Assembly (NCBI GenBank): GCA_951406725.2
Contig: OX597816.1
Coordinates: forward strand, 166,346,001-166,410,000
From: Octopus vulgaris
Taxonomy: Eukaryota
Length of the DNA: 64,000 nt
Reading direction: 5' to 3'
Shown here: piece by piece, positions 38,940 to 53,329 of the stretch
Layout: each line of letters begins with the position of its first letter
Numbering within the stretch: position 1 is the first letter of the stretch
Made by a program: the position numbers and the translations under genes
Notes under the pieces: generated by a model
The model's database searches: none
Seen by the model: only the letters and a program-made list of their open reading frames with translations
What the model was told of the DNA's origin: nothing

Positions 38940-39535
38940 TTAGCAACTTCCTTATGTTTCTATCTAAACTGTTTAGTCTACTGTCTATGCGATTACCCCT
39001 GCTCCATATCTAAGGAGTGACCCCACCCCCAGATGTTAATAGCTACAATCTTATTCCATCCGTTTAATTTCGACTTAAGGATCAGTCGCAGTCTGTGCAA
39101 GTACTCCACCTTAAATTTTTCTGTCATTCCTTTCTCCATCAATTTATCTATTTCCAAAATCCCCAAGTACTTATAGCCTGTCTCTTCTATTTGCTTCATA
39201 ATCTCCCCCGACGGCATCGCTAGCCCATCCATACATTTGATTTTGCCTCTCTTCAAGACTAACACACCACACTTTTTCAGTCCGAACTCCATTCTGATAT
39301 CAGCGCTGAAAGATATACACCGTATCAATGACGGAACTGACTCGGGATTCATCTTTACCATAAAGTTTGAGGTCATCTAGGAACAACATTTGGTTGACTT
39401 TTTGTTGGCGTCTTTTGAATACATACCCAACCCCTCCTTTTCTCATAATCAGTGTTAGTGGTATCAAGCACAGTACAAAGATCAATGAGGACAGACAGTC
39501 CATTTGGAAGATGCCTCTCCTGGGTTGATTCCCCT
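38940..39535 (-). mobile_element. Reverse transcriptase fragment of an R4/Dong-type LINE, degenerate
   Basis: Reads DCLSSLIFVLCLIPL, LFLDDLKLY, MEFGLKKC, YKYLGI and SKLNGWNKIVAINIW, with frameshifts. Confidence 0.88.
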
Positions 39536-39581
39536 GTTTATTATTATTGTTGTTGTCGTTGCTATAATCATCATCATCATC

Positions 39582-39895
39582 ACCTCTCGAAAGAGCTGTT
39601 CTTCACTCCTGCTCCAGAGCGTCGGCTGCGGGGTCACTCCGAAAAGCTCTATCTGCGACGATTTCATCTCAATCGAAGGAGAGGGGCTTTCTCCGCCCGG
39701 GTTGCGGATCCGTGGAATAAGCTGCCGGACGAGATAGTGAAGATGCCGACGACCGCTTTGTTCAAAGTCTCTCTTGACCAGAAATGGCCTGAACTCTTTG
39801 CATGAACACCCTCCCTGTACATAACTTTATGTCCCCCTACATGGCCTTGCTTTTTGTTTTTTGAGCCAAAAAACTAACTTAACTTAACTTAACTT
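39582..39895 (+). mobile_element. 5'-truncated CR1/L2-group LINE 3' end
   Basis: Reads RLRGHSEKL..RRGAFSARVADPWNKLP..FKVSLD*, has an (AACTT)n tail and is inserted in (ATC)n. Confidence 0.85.
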
Positions 39896-39970
39896 ATCAC
39901 CATCATCATCCTCATTATAAATCTGTAATCGTTTTCATGGATTTCTAAATGTTTACCGTAATTTTTTTAG

Positions 39971-40401
39971 AAAAACTGCCTGTGACGAAAACCAAACAGA
40001 AACCGCTCAATCGCTATATCGAGTTGGATATAAAACCAGTTAAGGTGACAATTAATGGAAAATTACAAAAGAAAGCGGAAGCTTATACTTTGGAAGTGGT
40101 TCCGGGAAAGGAATATATCAAAATAACTGGTCAAGATGCTGCTGGAGTATTTTATGGCATACAGTCACTAATGAGTTTGACTAGTGACAACTACATCATA
40201 CCGAAGTCAAACATAACAGACGCCCCACGATTTGCTTACCGCGGTATGGAGTTTGATGTGGCGCGAAACTTTTTCGGCAAGGAGACTGTGTTTAAATTAT
40301 TCGATATGATGGCAATTTATAAGCTGAACCGCTTTCATTTTCATCTGACCGATGATGAAGGCTGGAGGTTGAAGTTCGAGGGTTTAGAAGAACTAACTAA
40401 G
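39971..40401 (+). CDS. GH20 hexosaminidase exon 4 (GH20b domain and start of the catalytic barrel)
   Basis: TTTTAG| acceptor and AAG|GTGAGG donor, phase 1 to 0. Encodes EAYTL, GVFYGIQSL, DAPRFAYRGMEFDVARNF and HFHLTDDEGWR. Confidence 0.97.
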
Positions 40402-41407
40402 GTGAGGCGATAGCAATGTATTCACACAATTTGATTTTGTTTTGTTCTGTTGTTACGTTTCCTTCGTCGCAATTTTCATTGCAGATGTACATACACACAG
40501 ACACACACATACACACACACATCTATGGACTATGAACAAGGGGTTTGCAAATCCAGTAATCAAGATACACTTTCAATTTCGTACCTATTATTATTGGAGC
40601 AAGAAGGTACATACCAACAAGTCTGGAGCAAAATTTGGTTGAACTTGGAAACTTGAAGAGAGAACGCCGAGGTCGACTTTGCCTTTCGTCCTTTCGGGGT
40701 CGATAAATTAAGTACCAGTTACGCACTGGGGGCGATGAAATCGACTTAATCCGTTTGTCTCTCCTTGTTTGTCCCCTATGTGTGTAGCCCCTGGTGGGCA
40801 GTAAAGAAATAGGTATTTCGTCTGTCTTTACGTCCTGAGTTCAAATTCCGCCAAGGTCGACTTTGTCTTTCATCCTATCGGGGTCGATAAATTAAGTACC
40901 AGTTACGTACTGGGGTCGATCTAATCGATTGGACCCCTCCCCCAAAATTTCGGGCCTTGTGCCTAGAGTAGAAAAGAATATGTCTCTGGGAATATTCTAA
41001 GTGTTTCTGTTTAATTAGTTGCTGGAAATAAGCGCCGGATTATCCAACAATGTTTACCGCAGACAGCTTGATATTCTATCTTGATTAAGATTTATTTCTC
41101 AACTACTAAATGTCAAACAGAACCACTTGAAAATCTCTCAAGACTCGGTGGACAGTCTTGTTTTTAATTTCTTTTTGACTACATTTTCTTCTTCTTCTTC
41201 TTCTTCTTCTTCTTCTTCTTCTTCTTCTTCTTCTTCTTCTTCTTCTTCTTCTTCTTCTTCTTCTTCTTCTCCTCCTTCTCCTTCTCCTTCTTCTCCTCCT
41301 CCTCCTCCTCATTATTATTATTACTATTATTATTACTATAGATAGATAGGAGGAAGATAGATAGATAGATAGATAGACATACATACACACGTGTGTTTAT
41401 GAATATA

Positions 41408-41708
41408 TCTTTATATATAAAACTGTAGTTGTGTGAGTGTCTGTCCCCTTCGATTTAGATTCCTAACTACTCCCACATTTTGCGGTGCAGTTTAACCAAA
41501 TTTGGGTATCTTATAGTCGTGATTCATATCAAGCCCGTCTGGGTATTAGCGCGCGTCTACGATGAGTCTACGATTTTAAAAATAATTTAACATCATTTTT
41601 TATTCCATTTTAATGCATTTTGTTGCTATTTTTTTGCTATAACTCTCTAAAAATGCTTATATAGTTATTTCCCTTACAAACCCGAGCAGCGCCGGGCGAT
41701 ACTGCTAG
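41408..41708 (+). mobile_element. Non-autonomous Helitron
   Basis: Starts with TC after A, has the subterminal hairpin CCCGAGCAGCGCCGGG, and ends with CTAG before T. No TSD. Confidence 0.85.
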
Positions 41709-41800
41709 TATATATATATATGTTTCTGCTACAAGATGCAATGCACTCACAGATGAATGCTTGAGTATCACCGTGTAGTCTCATTGGAGCTTCAAACATG

Positions 41801-41836
<36 letters not shown>

Positions 41837-42039
41837 CATATAAAACAAAGTGAAGTTGTAAGGTACCTCACGAGTGGAAATATATATGAAAGAAGGTTTG
41901 AAAATGCAATTTTAAAGATGTTTTATTCACTTGACCGGTTTCACTTTTTTAGTAAAAGATTGTCAACAGTAAAATGTAAAAGCTTTGTATAAGCTTTGTT
42001 GTGTTAAGTACTGGTAGTGGAAACATATATAGTGTAGCA

Positions 42040-42096
<57 letters not shown>

Positions 42097-42128
42097 TATA
42101 CATACATATACATATAAATACATACATA

Positions 42129-42216
<88 letters not shown>

Positions 42217-42480
42217 AGGATAAGCATATCAAAAGGGGTCCGTAGGAAAACTCATTTAAATAAAAGTTTTGGGAACCACTGATGTATTTTTTATATTTTT
42301 CATGAACTATACCGCAAACATACATACACACACGTATGTATGTATATATGTATGCACACACACACACATATATGTATATGTGTATATATATATCTATATA
42401 TATATATCTATGTTGCATCTATGTTGCATAGATATATATATAGATATATATATATACACATATACATATATGTGTGTGTG

Positions 42481-43236
42481 CATAGATGCTGAAATCATCA
42501 ACAGAATCTCCAAGGCAAGCAGCGCGTTTGGGAGACTGCGAAAGAAAGTCTGGGAGCGGAGAGGAATCAGCCTCAACACCAAGCTGAAAGTCTAACGGGC
42601 AGTCGTGCTTACCACCCTACTATACGGCTGCGAGACGTGGGCTGCTTACCGAAGGCACGAACGCCAGATAAACCACTTCCACCTCAGGTGTCTTCGGAAC
42701 CTCCTTCACATCCGCTGGCAGGACAAAGTCCCAGACACGGAAGTTCTGAAGCAGGCAGATCTCCCTAGCACCATCACGATCATGCGCAAGGCCCAGCTGA
42801 GATGGGCGGGCCACGTCTCCCGCATGTCCGACACTCGCATCCCAAAACAGCTCTTCTACGGTGAACTCAGCCAGGGCAAACGCAAAGTCGGAGGGCAGAA
42901 GAAGCGCTTCAAGGACAGTCTCAAGGTCTCTCTCAAAGACTTCTCCATCGGCACAGAGACTTGGGAGACACTTGCTGCCGACCGCTCATCCTGGCGCAGC
43001 GCAATCACCACAGGAGCAGGGACAGCCGAGGAGGGACGGATTCGGTCAGCAGAGCAGAAACGCCAGATGCGGAAAGCCAGAGCCGCCTGCACCAGTAGCA
43101 CGGCCCCTACCCACTTCTGCCCCACCTGTGGGAGGGGCTTCCTTGCTCGGATTGGCCTCACCAGCCACCTCCGGTCTCATAGCGGCAGTTCCACCAGATG
43201 ATGTCAGTGGTCATCTTCGAACCCGAAGGACGAACA
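42481..43236 (+). mobile_element. 5'-truncated RTE-clade (BovB-like) LINE
   Basis: Reads EIINRISKASSAFGRL..TKLKV*RAVVLTTLLYGCETW..QLRWAGHVSRM..PKQLFYGEL..CPTCGR..HLRSH, with a single in-frame stop at 42593-42595. Confidence 0.93.
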
Positions 43237-43667
43237 TTATTATGTATATATATATATATACATGCATACATACATACATACATACATACATACACACACA
43301 CACGTATGTATGAATGTGTGTGTATGTATATGCATGTATGTATATATGTATTTCTTTACTACCAACAAGGGGCTAAACACAGAGGGGACAAATAAGGACA
43401 GAGAAACAGATTAAGTCGATTACATCGACCCCAGTGCGTAACTGGTACTTAATTTATCGACCCCGAAAGGATGAAAGGCAGAGTCGACCTCGGTGGAATT
43501 TGAACCCAGAATGTAACGGCAGACGAAATACGGCTACGCATTTCGCCCGGCGTGCTAACGTTTCTGCCAGCTCGCCGCCTTCCTTGTATGTATATATACA
43601 TATACATATGTGTGTGTGTGTGCCCCTGTGTATGTGTGTGTATGTGCCTCTGCGCGTGTGTGTGTGC

Positions 43668-43704
<37 letters not shown>

Positions 43705-44273
43705 TGCGTGCGTGTATCCGGCTTCTACAGCATCCACCTGGAAAGTAAACAGCAGTTTTCTTTCGTTAATCTAAATTCGCTTGGATAACATTGATTTAAT
43801 CAGGTCAAGCCGCTAGAAGAAGAAAAAGAAAAGAAATCACCTCAGTTTTGGATCTCAGGTGAGGGTTTAAGCTTGTTTATAACAAACAGTAAGGAATGCT
43901 TTTGATGAGGAAATCCAATCTATAGGTGTTGATCAACAGAACATTTCAATCACCCGAACAAACAGTTTTAACATGAACGTCTCAGCCCTCGGTAAACATG
44001 ACACATTTAATGGTGTGACTGTTGAATGAATGCAACATACTTAGATTGAAAGCCTCAAGTTAGTATTTCTTCACCTTTTTTTTGCTCTGCAACCTTCGAC
44101 AAAACTCTTATTCGGTCTTAACTGACACAATATGAAACTCGTCATTGAAAATTCACGCCGCTAAAGTACACAAACACTTCAAATAATGTCTATATGATGA
44201 CGTGTCAGTGATGAATGTGCTTGTGTGTGAGTGTGTGTGAGTGTGTTTGTGTATGTGTGTATGTGTGTATATG

Positions 44274-44305
<32 letters not shown>

Positions 44306-44340
44306 CGCATGCATATATATATATATATGTATGTATGTAT

Positions 44341-44373
<33 letters not shown>

Positions 44374-44739
44374 TACACACACACGCACACACATACACTC
44401 ACACACCACCTGGCACTGATGCAATTATACAAATTAGTAAAGAGATCATCCCCTCCGCCCTGCTCACCTGTTCCCACATGACCTAGATAAACTAGCTATA
44501 AAAACTCCCGATGAACAGAAATATTTCGCCACTGAGTTCGATTCCACATGAGGAAAAGTAAATTATGATAGACTGGCGTCGCATCCTGGAGATTTGTTTC
44601 ATATCCACTCAATGCTAAAAAAAAAAAAAAAAAAATTAAATTCCATGAATCCTCTGTATCTTCTGCATTAAGGAATCTATGCATTCATAAAAGTTTCACC
44701 GTAAGGTGACGTTCCTAATGCAAGGCAGGTTTCCATATT

Positions 44740-44962
44740 TCTGGCAGAATCGTTAGCATGCCGGGCGAAATGCTTAGCGGTATTTCGTCTGCCGGTACGT
44801 TCTGAGTTCAAATTCCGCCGAGGTCGACTTTGCCTTTCATCATTTTGGGGTCGATTAAATAAGTACCAGTTACGCACTGGGGTCGATGTAATCGACTTAA
44901 TACCTATGTCTGTCCTTGTTTGTCCCCTCTGTGTTTAGCCCCTTGTGGGTAGTAAAGAAATA
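44740..44962 (+). mobile_element. SINE family 3 monomer with TSD
   Basis: GGTTTCCATATTTCT flanks both sides (44728 and 44963). Confidence 0.85.
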
Positions 44963-45188
44963 GGTTTCCATATTTCTTATAATGTCTTCCAGTGACTTCC
45001 GTGTGACATGGAAACCAATGGAAAAGTGGGTTTCACGTTACGGAATTCCAACACATGACTTTGAAGAGTAGTAGTTTTGTAACGCGGTTGTCTATAAATT
45101 GACAAACGAAATTCTACCTCTGTAATCCAAAGATTTAAATGTTATTGTTCTCTCTTTCTTTCTTTCTTTCTTTTTTATATGTTATCAG

Positions 45189-45390
45189 GTTGGAGGACAT
45201 CGATGTCACGATCTTGATGAAACGAACTGCATCATGCCACAGCTTGGCTCCGGACCCACGACGATAGGGAGTGGATCCGGTTTTTATACCAAGGAAGACT
45301 ATCAGGAAATTCTTCAATATGCCAAAGAAAGACATATTCAAGTGATTCCTGAGATCGATATGCCAGGGCATAGCCATGCTTTAAACAAAG
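45189..45390 (+). CDS. GH20 hexosaminidase exon 5 (absent from the ORF track)
   Basis: TATCAG| acceptor and G|GTAAGT donor, phase 0 to 1. Encodes VGGHRCHDLDETNCIMPQLGSGP..GFYTKEDYQEILQYAKERHIQVIPEIDMPGHSHA. Confidence 0.97.
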
Positions 45391-45456
45391 GTAAGTGCTT
45401 CAAAATATAAAACTGGTTTTCGTTTTTAACGGTAGAACTCGAAGCAGAGAAAAATA

Positions 45457-45509
<53 letters not shown>

Positions 45510-45515
<6 letters not shown>

Positions 45516-45758
45516 TATTAAATTAGAGATAAAACCACTATTAGGCAAATCATACAATGAAAAACTTAAGCCAATATATAAGATTAATTAATTTATATTA
45601 TTTAAATATATATCAAAATTATTAAAAAAGATAATTAATATAACACTACGATCGATTAAATTATCTCTAATTTAATATAATATAATATTTTACTATAAGA
45701 TTGGATTCAATCCTAAATCTGATTTTTCCCTGTAAGTTTGGATTTATTCCCTAATATT

Positions 45759-45770
<12 letters not shown>
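45510..45770. mobile_element. (TA)n-flanked element with an internal inversion (related fragment at ~33220-33320)
   Basis: ATATTATATTAAATTAGAGATAA (45510) and TTATCTCTAATTTAATATAATAT (45661) are inverted copies. Confidence 0.55.
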
Positions 45771-45834
<64 letters not shown>

Positions 45835-48356
45835 CAGACAGACAGACAGACACACACACACATACACTCAGACACCACCTGGCACTGATACAATTACAGA
45901 AATAATAATAATAATAGTGTGCAAGTATTTAGAAAAAGCCGAAGGCTGCCCGTGAGACACGAAACCACAACTGTCTGTAAACTTGACAGACGTTTTACCA
46001 TTGGAACAAAGTAATCCTTTGAATTTTTCAATCCATTTTTAAAGATGTTTTGATCATACCAGCAAGAACTGTTGCTGTTTACGTCCTAAGGACGTAAATT
46101 TGGGAGGGATTAAATAATTCATTTATTACGGTGGATAAAGCTATAATTAAAAGAGTGTAAATATTGGGTCTGTGGAGGCACATGGCCCAGTGGTTAGAGC
46201 AGCAGACTCGCGGTCGAGGAATCGCGGGTTCGAATCTCAGACCGGGCGATGTGTGTGTTTATGAGCGAAACACCTAAGCTCCATACAGCTCCGACAGAAG
46301 GTAATGGCGAATTTCTGCCTCTTTCGCCACAACTTCCTCTCACTCTTTCCTCCTGCATCTTGCAGCTCACCTGCGACGGACCGGCATCCCGTCCAGGTGG
46401 GAAACCTATGCGCCAAGGAAACCGGGAAACCGGCCCTATGAGCCAGGCGTGGCTCGAAAAGGAACAAACACCAAACAGCAAATATTGGGTTTAAAAAACA
46501 TTTGGGTCGAAAAATTCGAAGGCTGTCCGTGGGACGCAAACCCGCATCTTTTATAAATATGGCTGACGTTCTACCATGCGATCAAAGCAATTCTTTGAAT
46601 TTCTTTATCCATTTTAGACGCTTTGTTCTATCCAGGGTTTTCTTAATCCAGTATTCACACGCTGTTACTTACAGATTTATCTACTTCGAGTTCCAGCGTT
46701 AAAAATGGATTATTTCACGTCTTTCGAAGTTTCTAAATTTTTACGATACAAAAACTATTTTTGTTTATTTCGGAGATGTAGTTGTCTGGAAAGTTATTTG
46801 ATCCGAGACCGTGTGTTGAAACTGAAGCAATTACAACATGGAAGACATATTAGCCATTCATAAACACACAAAAATTGTTGACTACAGTTATAGATGTTGT
46901 AGAACTGTGTCGGTGACCAAGTCACAGATAGTGCGACGAAAATGTTGACACCAAACAATAAATGTTTAATTTTTTATTATTGAATGGCTAAATGTGACTT
47001 CCATTCTGCTATTGCTATTTTTGTTTTATTTATTTTTACGCGCCCTTTTCAAACCAAGCCAGGCTCATGGACCCGGTTTCCCGGTTTCTATGGTGTATGT
47101 GTTCCCCCCCAGCTGGACGGGACGCAGTCCATCGCAGCGTTACTCAAGAAACAGGACGAAAGAGTGAGAGAAAGCTGGAGCGAAAGAGTACAACAGGGGT
47201 CGCCACCACCCCCTGCAGGAGCCTCGTGGAGCTTTAGGTATTTTCGCTCAATTAACACACACAACGCCCGGTCTGGGAATCGAAACCGCGAGTCCGCTGC
47301 TTCAGCCACTGGGCCATTGCGCCTCCGTTTTTGTTTAGAATAGTTGAAATAGTCTTAGCAAAGTAATGGTGCATTTGGCAGATCCGTTAGAGCATCAGCG
47401 ACAAGTATTGTAATATATGTTCCGACATTTTGTGTTCTGTGTTCAAATCTCGCCGAGGTCAACTTAAAATCTTACCCTTTTTGGAGTTGATAAAAAAAAA
47501 ATCCCTATTTACAGTTGTCTAATAATGGAATCATTCTAGCGTCAGACAAGAAGAATATAATATTTTCTCTAGCACTTTAAGTCCCGAGTTCGAATCTTGC
47601 TGTATCGTATTTGTGGGGTACATTTAACCCTTTAGCAAATATATATACCGCATATATGATGTGCAAAAGCACCAGCAGATTGCGATAGTCAATAAAACAG
47701 AAACAGGATTAATTTTTTTCTTTCTGTGCAGCCCGGTACTGGTCGGCGACCTAGTGGGGACCCCTGGTCTAATTGACAAGATAATCACGAGATGAATGCA
47801 AAGTGATTGGTATGAATCCTAGTTAATTTCTTCGATGTGACCCTAGATTTAATTGCTTCAGGGTGTAATTACAACGACAATAATTTCTGCCTTTTGAAGG
47901 GCATATGTCTTTACAAAGCATTATTTTATTGAGTTAAACACTAACTCGAAAATAACAGAGAAACCAGAAACTATAGGGGCATAGTAAAAACCCTTTCAAA
48001 AATCCTTCTCGCAACACTGAGAAGACATTGTTGTGTGGTTAAGAAGCTCACTTGGCAACCATGTAGTTTTGGGTTCAGTCCCACTATACGGTACCTTGGA
48101 TATCTTCTACTATATCCCTGAATTGTCCAATGTCTTGGAAGTGAATTTGATAGACGGAAACTGTATGAAAGCCTGTCATATAGGTGTGGCTGGTTGGTAA
48201 GAAGCTTGTTTCCAAACCACATGGTTCCGGGCTCAGTCCCACTGCGTGGCACCATGGACAAGTGTCATCTTCTTTAGCCTCGGGCCGATTAAGGCCTTGT
48301 GAGTGGATTTGGGGGATGAAACTGAAAGAAGGCCATCGTATATATATGTATGTATG

Positions 48357-48391
<35 letters not shown>

Positions 48392-48394
48392 ATA

Positions 48395-48460
<66 letters not shown>

Positions 48461-48488
48461 TGTATGTATATGTATGTATGTATGTATG

Positions 48489-48569
<81 letters not shown>

Positions 48570-49285
48570 ATGTATTTATGTGTTTGTGTTTGTCCCCTAC
48601 CAACATCGCTTGACAACAGATGTTGAGGTATTTACGTCCCCGTTACTTGACTGCTCGGCAAATAAGGCCGATAACATAAATACTAGGCTTTAAAAAGAAA
48701 TAAATGCTGGGGTCGATTTGTTCGACGAAAACCTCTTAAAGTGGCACTCCAGCATGGCCGCATTTGAACTCAGAACGTAAAGGCAGACAGAATACCGCTA
48801 AGCATTTCGCCCGGCGTGCTAACGATTTTGCCAGCTCGCCACCTTAAGCACCTTATGATATTAAGAAACTTAGGTAACGAATAAAGGTTTTTGAACATAA
48901 ATTAGGCTTGAAATGAGATCGCAATTATAGTAGGTATTAGGTGTCCTATATCTTACTTGAAGCGTTTTGTATCATGTACTTATTTTTCTTGTACTGTCCG
49001 TCACAGCCAAATTGAATCTTTTCTTTTTTAATGAAAGCCATGTATGATAAAGCAAAGCAAACATTTATAGCAACACACACAAATAGAATAATGGCATGTA
49101 CAAAAATAAATGTCAGAGCACGCTTATGAGCGAACACCGTTGCATGAAGTAAGAAGGGTCATTGAAGGTAATGTACTGTTAACAGTAATCAGGGAAATGA
49201 AGCAAAATATCAATGAAATGCTTGCGGGTCTGATTGCTAACGGCTACAGTTTGGCATAGATGTGAAGAATGTAGCAGAGGAATAA

Positions 49286-50852
49286 CTACTGTAGGGTTGC
49301 TTTGTAGACCTCTTTTGTCTTTCCTTCAGGAGCATAGATGAATAAGTTGTCTGGATGGCCAACTCTGGAACAACCGCCATGTGAAAAGCAGGATGTTTGA
49401 AGGTCCAATCCGACAACTTTCAGCGACTGACCTTGTGCTTTGTTAATTGTCATGGTGAAGCTGAGTTTGAGTGGGGACTGAAGTGTGGTGGAAGCACTCC
49501 GTCGGTTACGACGACGAGGTTTCCGGTTGATCCGATCAACCGAACAGCCTGCTCGTGAAATTAACGTGTAAGTGGCTGAGCACTCCACAGACACGTGTAC
49601 CCTTAACGTAGTTCTCGGGGATATTCAGCGTGACACAGAGAGTGACAAGGCCGGCCCTTTGAAATACAGGTACAACAGAAACAGGAAGTAAGAGTGAGAG
49701 AAAGTTGTGGTGAAAGAGTACAACAGGGATCACCACCATCCCTACCGGAGCCTCGTGGAGCTTTTAGGTGTTTTCGCTCAATAAACACTCACAACGCCCG
49801 GTCTGGGAATCGAAACCGCGATCCTACGACCGCGAGTCCGCTGCCCTAACCACTGGGCCATTGCGCCTCCACTAGGGGACTGAAGTATCTGCATAGGGTA
49901 GGGGCTGTTTGTTGGGGTTAGAGGAATTTTCGGAATGAAAACGGTATCGTTTTTGCCGTGTCCCGTGATAATTTGGGCTTCAATGACATAGTCCAGCATT
50001 TGTTTGACCACAAGGCGCGTTACATTGCATAGTGTGGGTATGTAGGAGGATGACAGGACAACCGACTTTTAAGTGAAGTTCATGGGCAGGGAGTCCTGGA
50101 GGATCTTGGGAGTTGAGAAATTTAGTTGGAAAGTGTGTAACCTGATCGAGGTCGGTAACAGTGCCAACTGATCTGTAACAACGTTCTCACTCTTACTTCC
50201 TACTTCTGTTGTACATGTATTTCAAAGGGCCGGCCTTGTCACTCTCTGTGTCACGCTGAATATCCCCGAGAACTACGTTAAGGATACACGTGTCTGTGGA
50301 GTGCTCAGCCACTTACACGTTAATTTCACGAGCAGGCTGTTCCGTTGATCGGATCAACCGGAACCCTCGTCGTCGTAACCGACGGTGTGCTTCCAAAAGA
50401 AAAAAAAAGCTAAGAGTGTTGACAGCTGCATTTGTGGGTGCAAGAACAACCCTGCCGCGAAACCAATCTGGCTTTATTTATTCCTTTGTAAAATTTGGGT
50501 AAATGGCAGAACATAAGTCATCAGGGCTGCAGACAGTGTGGCCAATGGTGGTAGTGTCAATGTATCCATTGTCGTCAGACGTAATTTGTCCATTGCCGAT
50601 TTTAAGGAGCATTTCCGAAAACTGGGATGTAGGCTGACCAGTCTGTAGCAGTGGTCTCATGTTGATGGTGAGTTGTTTCGATTGGACATGCGGCCAAAGG
50701 ATAGATTTTTAAGGCAGGCATTAATTTCACCGGCGGGTGTTCCTTTGGGTATAATAGGCAGAGTTTGCCGAAAATCTCCTTCAAGAAGTAGAGTCGCACC
50801 TCCAAGGATGTTATTGTTAGATCTAAGGTCTCTCATTGTGGTATCAAGAGCT

Positions 50853-50858
<6 letters not shown>
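49286..50858 (-). mobile_element. Helitron PIF1-like helicase relic interrupted by two family 2 SINE insertions
   Basis: Reads [60 protein letters not shown] and CSRV. The SINE at ~49485-49872 has TSD GGGGACTGAAGT. Confidence 0.88.
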
Positions 50859-50898
<40 letters not shown>

Positions 50899-51046
50899 AG
50901 CTCTTGCGGTACCTATGAATAATAGTACCCTCTTTATAATATAAATAAGTATTTTCACAAGTTGAAAAAATTTACAGATTTTTTCTCTTACGAGGTTTTT
51001 CACGCTAACTACTGATAATTTCTTATAAAGATTTTATCCTTATTTT

Positions 51047-51200
<154 letters not shown>

Positions 51201-51426
51201 CAGAGAGAGAGAAAGAGAGGGGGAGTAGTTGATAAAAGTTTTAAAGCACACGTTATGGAGAAAGGGAACAGATGCTATAATGTCATAATCTATAATAGAA
51301 TTCAGTACTTGAATGTTTGAAAGCCAGCGTTGACTCTTACAGAATTTAATCCCGAGGGTTATATATTATACTGTTATACTTTAAATCATCAGTAAGATGG
51401 TAGAATATATCTCTTTTATATTTTAG

Positions 51427-51728
51427 CGATGCAGTCACGGTACAATAAATTAGTGCAGAATAGTCAAATGAATGAAGCGAAGCGCTATGTTTTGGTTGAC
51501 CCGGATGATACAAGCCAGTACAAATCGATCCAGATGTATACAGATAATGCCATTAACCCATGCTTGGAAAGCACGTACAACTTCATTGAAAAAATCGTCA
51601 AAACTTTGATTGAATACCACGAAACGATAATGCCTTTGCAAGTATACCATTTTGGAGGAGACGAAGTAGCTAAAGGGACTTGGCAAAATTCCACTGCTTG
51701 CAAACAGGTCGTGCACAACAGTTCCAAT
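51427..51728 (+). CDS. GH20 hexosaminidase exon 6 (catalytic Asp-Glu)
   Basis: TTTTAG| acceptor and AAT|GTAAGG donor, phase 1 to 0. Encodes LVDPDDTSQYKSIQMYTDNAINPC..YHFGGDEV. Confidence 0.97.
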
Positions 51729-51855
51729 GTAAGGAAATTCCAACGACTTTTTAAAGTTTAATTTTAAAGAATTAAATGAGAAATATGATCTGAAATCAAA
51801 CGGTCACCTAATATATTTTAAAATCTTTCAAATTTAATGTAAAGCTTAATTTGAA

Positions 51856-52056
51856 ACTCTTTTACTCTTTTACTTGTTTCAGTCATTTGACTGCGGCCAT
51901 GCTGGAGCACCGCCTTTAGTCGAGCAAATCGACCCCAGGACTTATTCTTTGTAAGCCTAGTACTTATTCTATCGGTCACTTTTTGCAGAACCGCTAAGTT
52001 ACGGAGACGTAAACACACCAGCATCGGTTGTCAAGCGATGTTGGGGGACAAACACA

Positions 52057-52155
<99 letters not shown>

Positions 52156-52250
52156 TTATATACGACGGGCTCCTTTCAGTTTCTATCTACCAAATCTACT
52201 CACAAGGCTTTGGTCGGCCCGAGGCTATAGTAGAAGACACTTGCCCAAGG
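51856..52250 (-). mobile_element. SINE family 1
   Basis: Reverse-complement copy with internal (CA)n(TA)n. Confidence 0.85.
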
Positions 52251-53098
52251 TGCAGAAGCTTAAAAATTTAATCTAAAAAGTTGAATGATAAATAACATAA
52301 ATGAATAACCCAGCAGTTAAATACGTCAAAAGTGATAGTTTTTTAGAGGGAGGTTGATCTAGAAATTGGAGCACCAACCTAAGTTGACGGCCAGTCACAT
52401 ACTGTCACTAGTGCTGTGTCCGTAACTACATACACACAACACAAGCACTTAATTGGTTACGACGATGAGGATTCCAGTTGACCCGATCAACGGAACAGTC
52501 TCCGCGTGAAATTAATGCGCAAGTGGTTGAACACTCCACAGACACGCTTAGCCTTGACGTAATTTTCAGGGAGATTTGCAGTGACACAAGAATGAGACGA
52601 GGCTGGCCCTTTGAATAACAGGTACAACTCAATTTTTCCGGTTGAGTTTACTGTAGCAATGGGAAATAAAGTGTCTTGCTGAAGAACAAAAATGCGCCGG
52701 CGGGAATCGAACTGACAACCTTACGATCTTGAACCGAACACCCTCACCACTAAGCCAGGCACCTTCACGTGTCCGTAACTAACTGACCCAACATTCAACG
52801 TTCAGATCTAACAAGTCATGAATGACTTGCTCAGTTACTTCGCTGCCCCACCAAGGCGATAAATTGTCGCTCTTTCTCCAGAAAATAACCTGTGAATGTC
52901 TAAATGCCCATAACTGATGTTAACCCATTGCCTGCCAGGAGCCCTATTTGGGAATCTGCTAAAAATAGTCTCACTGCTGGTTGTTTATTGTATTTAAAGT
53001 GAATTGCTTATGGACATTGCATTTTCAGATTACGTTGATAATCTAAAAACTTATAATCTTAACTAATAAATGTTTTTACTTTTCAAAAATATTTTCAG

Positions 53099-53329
53099 CC
53101 GCATGGAAAAGAACTTGTAAAAGAATATTTCGTTCGAAGACTCTCCAATATCACTGCTACTTATGGTATTAATTTGGCTGCCTGGGAAGACGGTGTGATG
53201 AAATCAGGAACTGAACCATACAATATATCAGCATTAAAAAATGATAAAATCTTTGCATACGCTTGGGACAATGTCTGGGAATGGGGCTACTCAAACCGAG
53301 CTTACAAATTAGCTAATGATGGTTTTAAG
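53099..53329 (+). CDS. GH20 hexosaminidase exon 7
   Basis: TTTTCAG| acceptor and AAG|GTACGT donor, phase 0 to 0. Encodes EYFVRRLS..AAWEDG..AYAWDNVWEWG..AYKLANDGFK. Confidence 0.96.
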
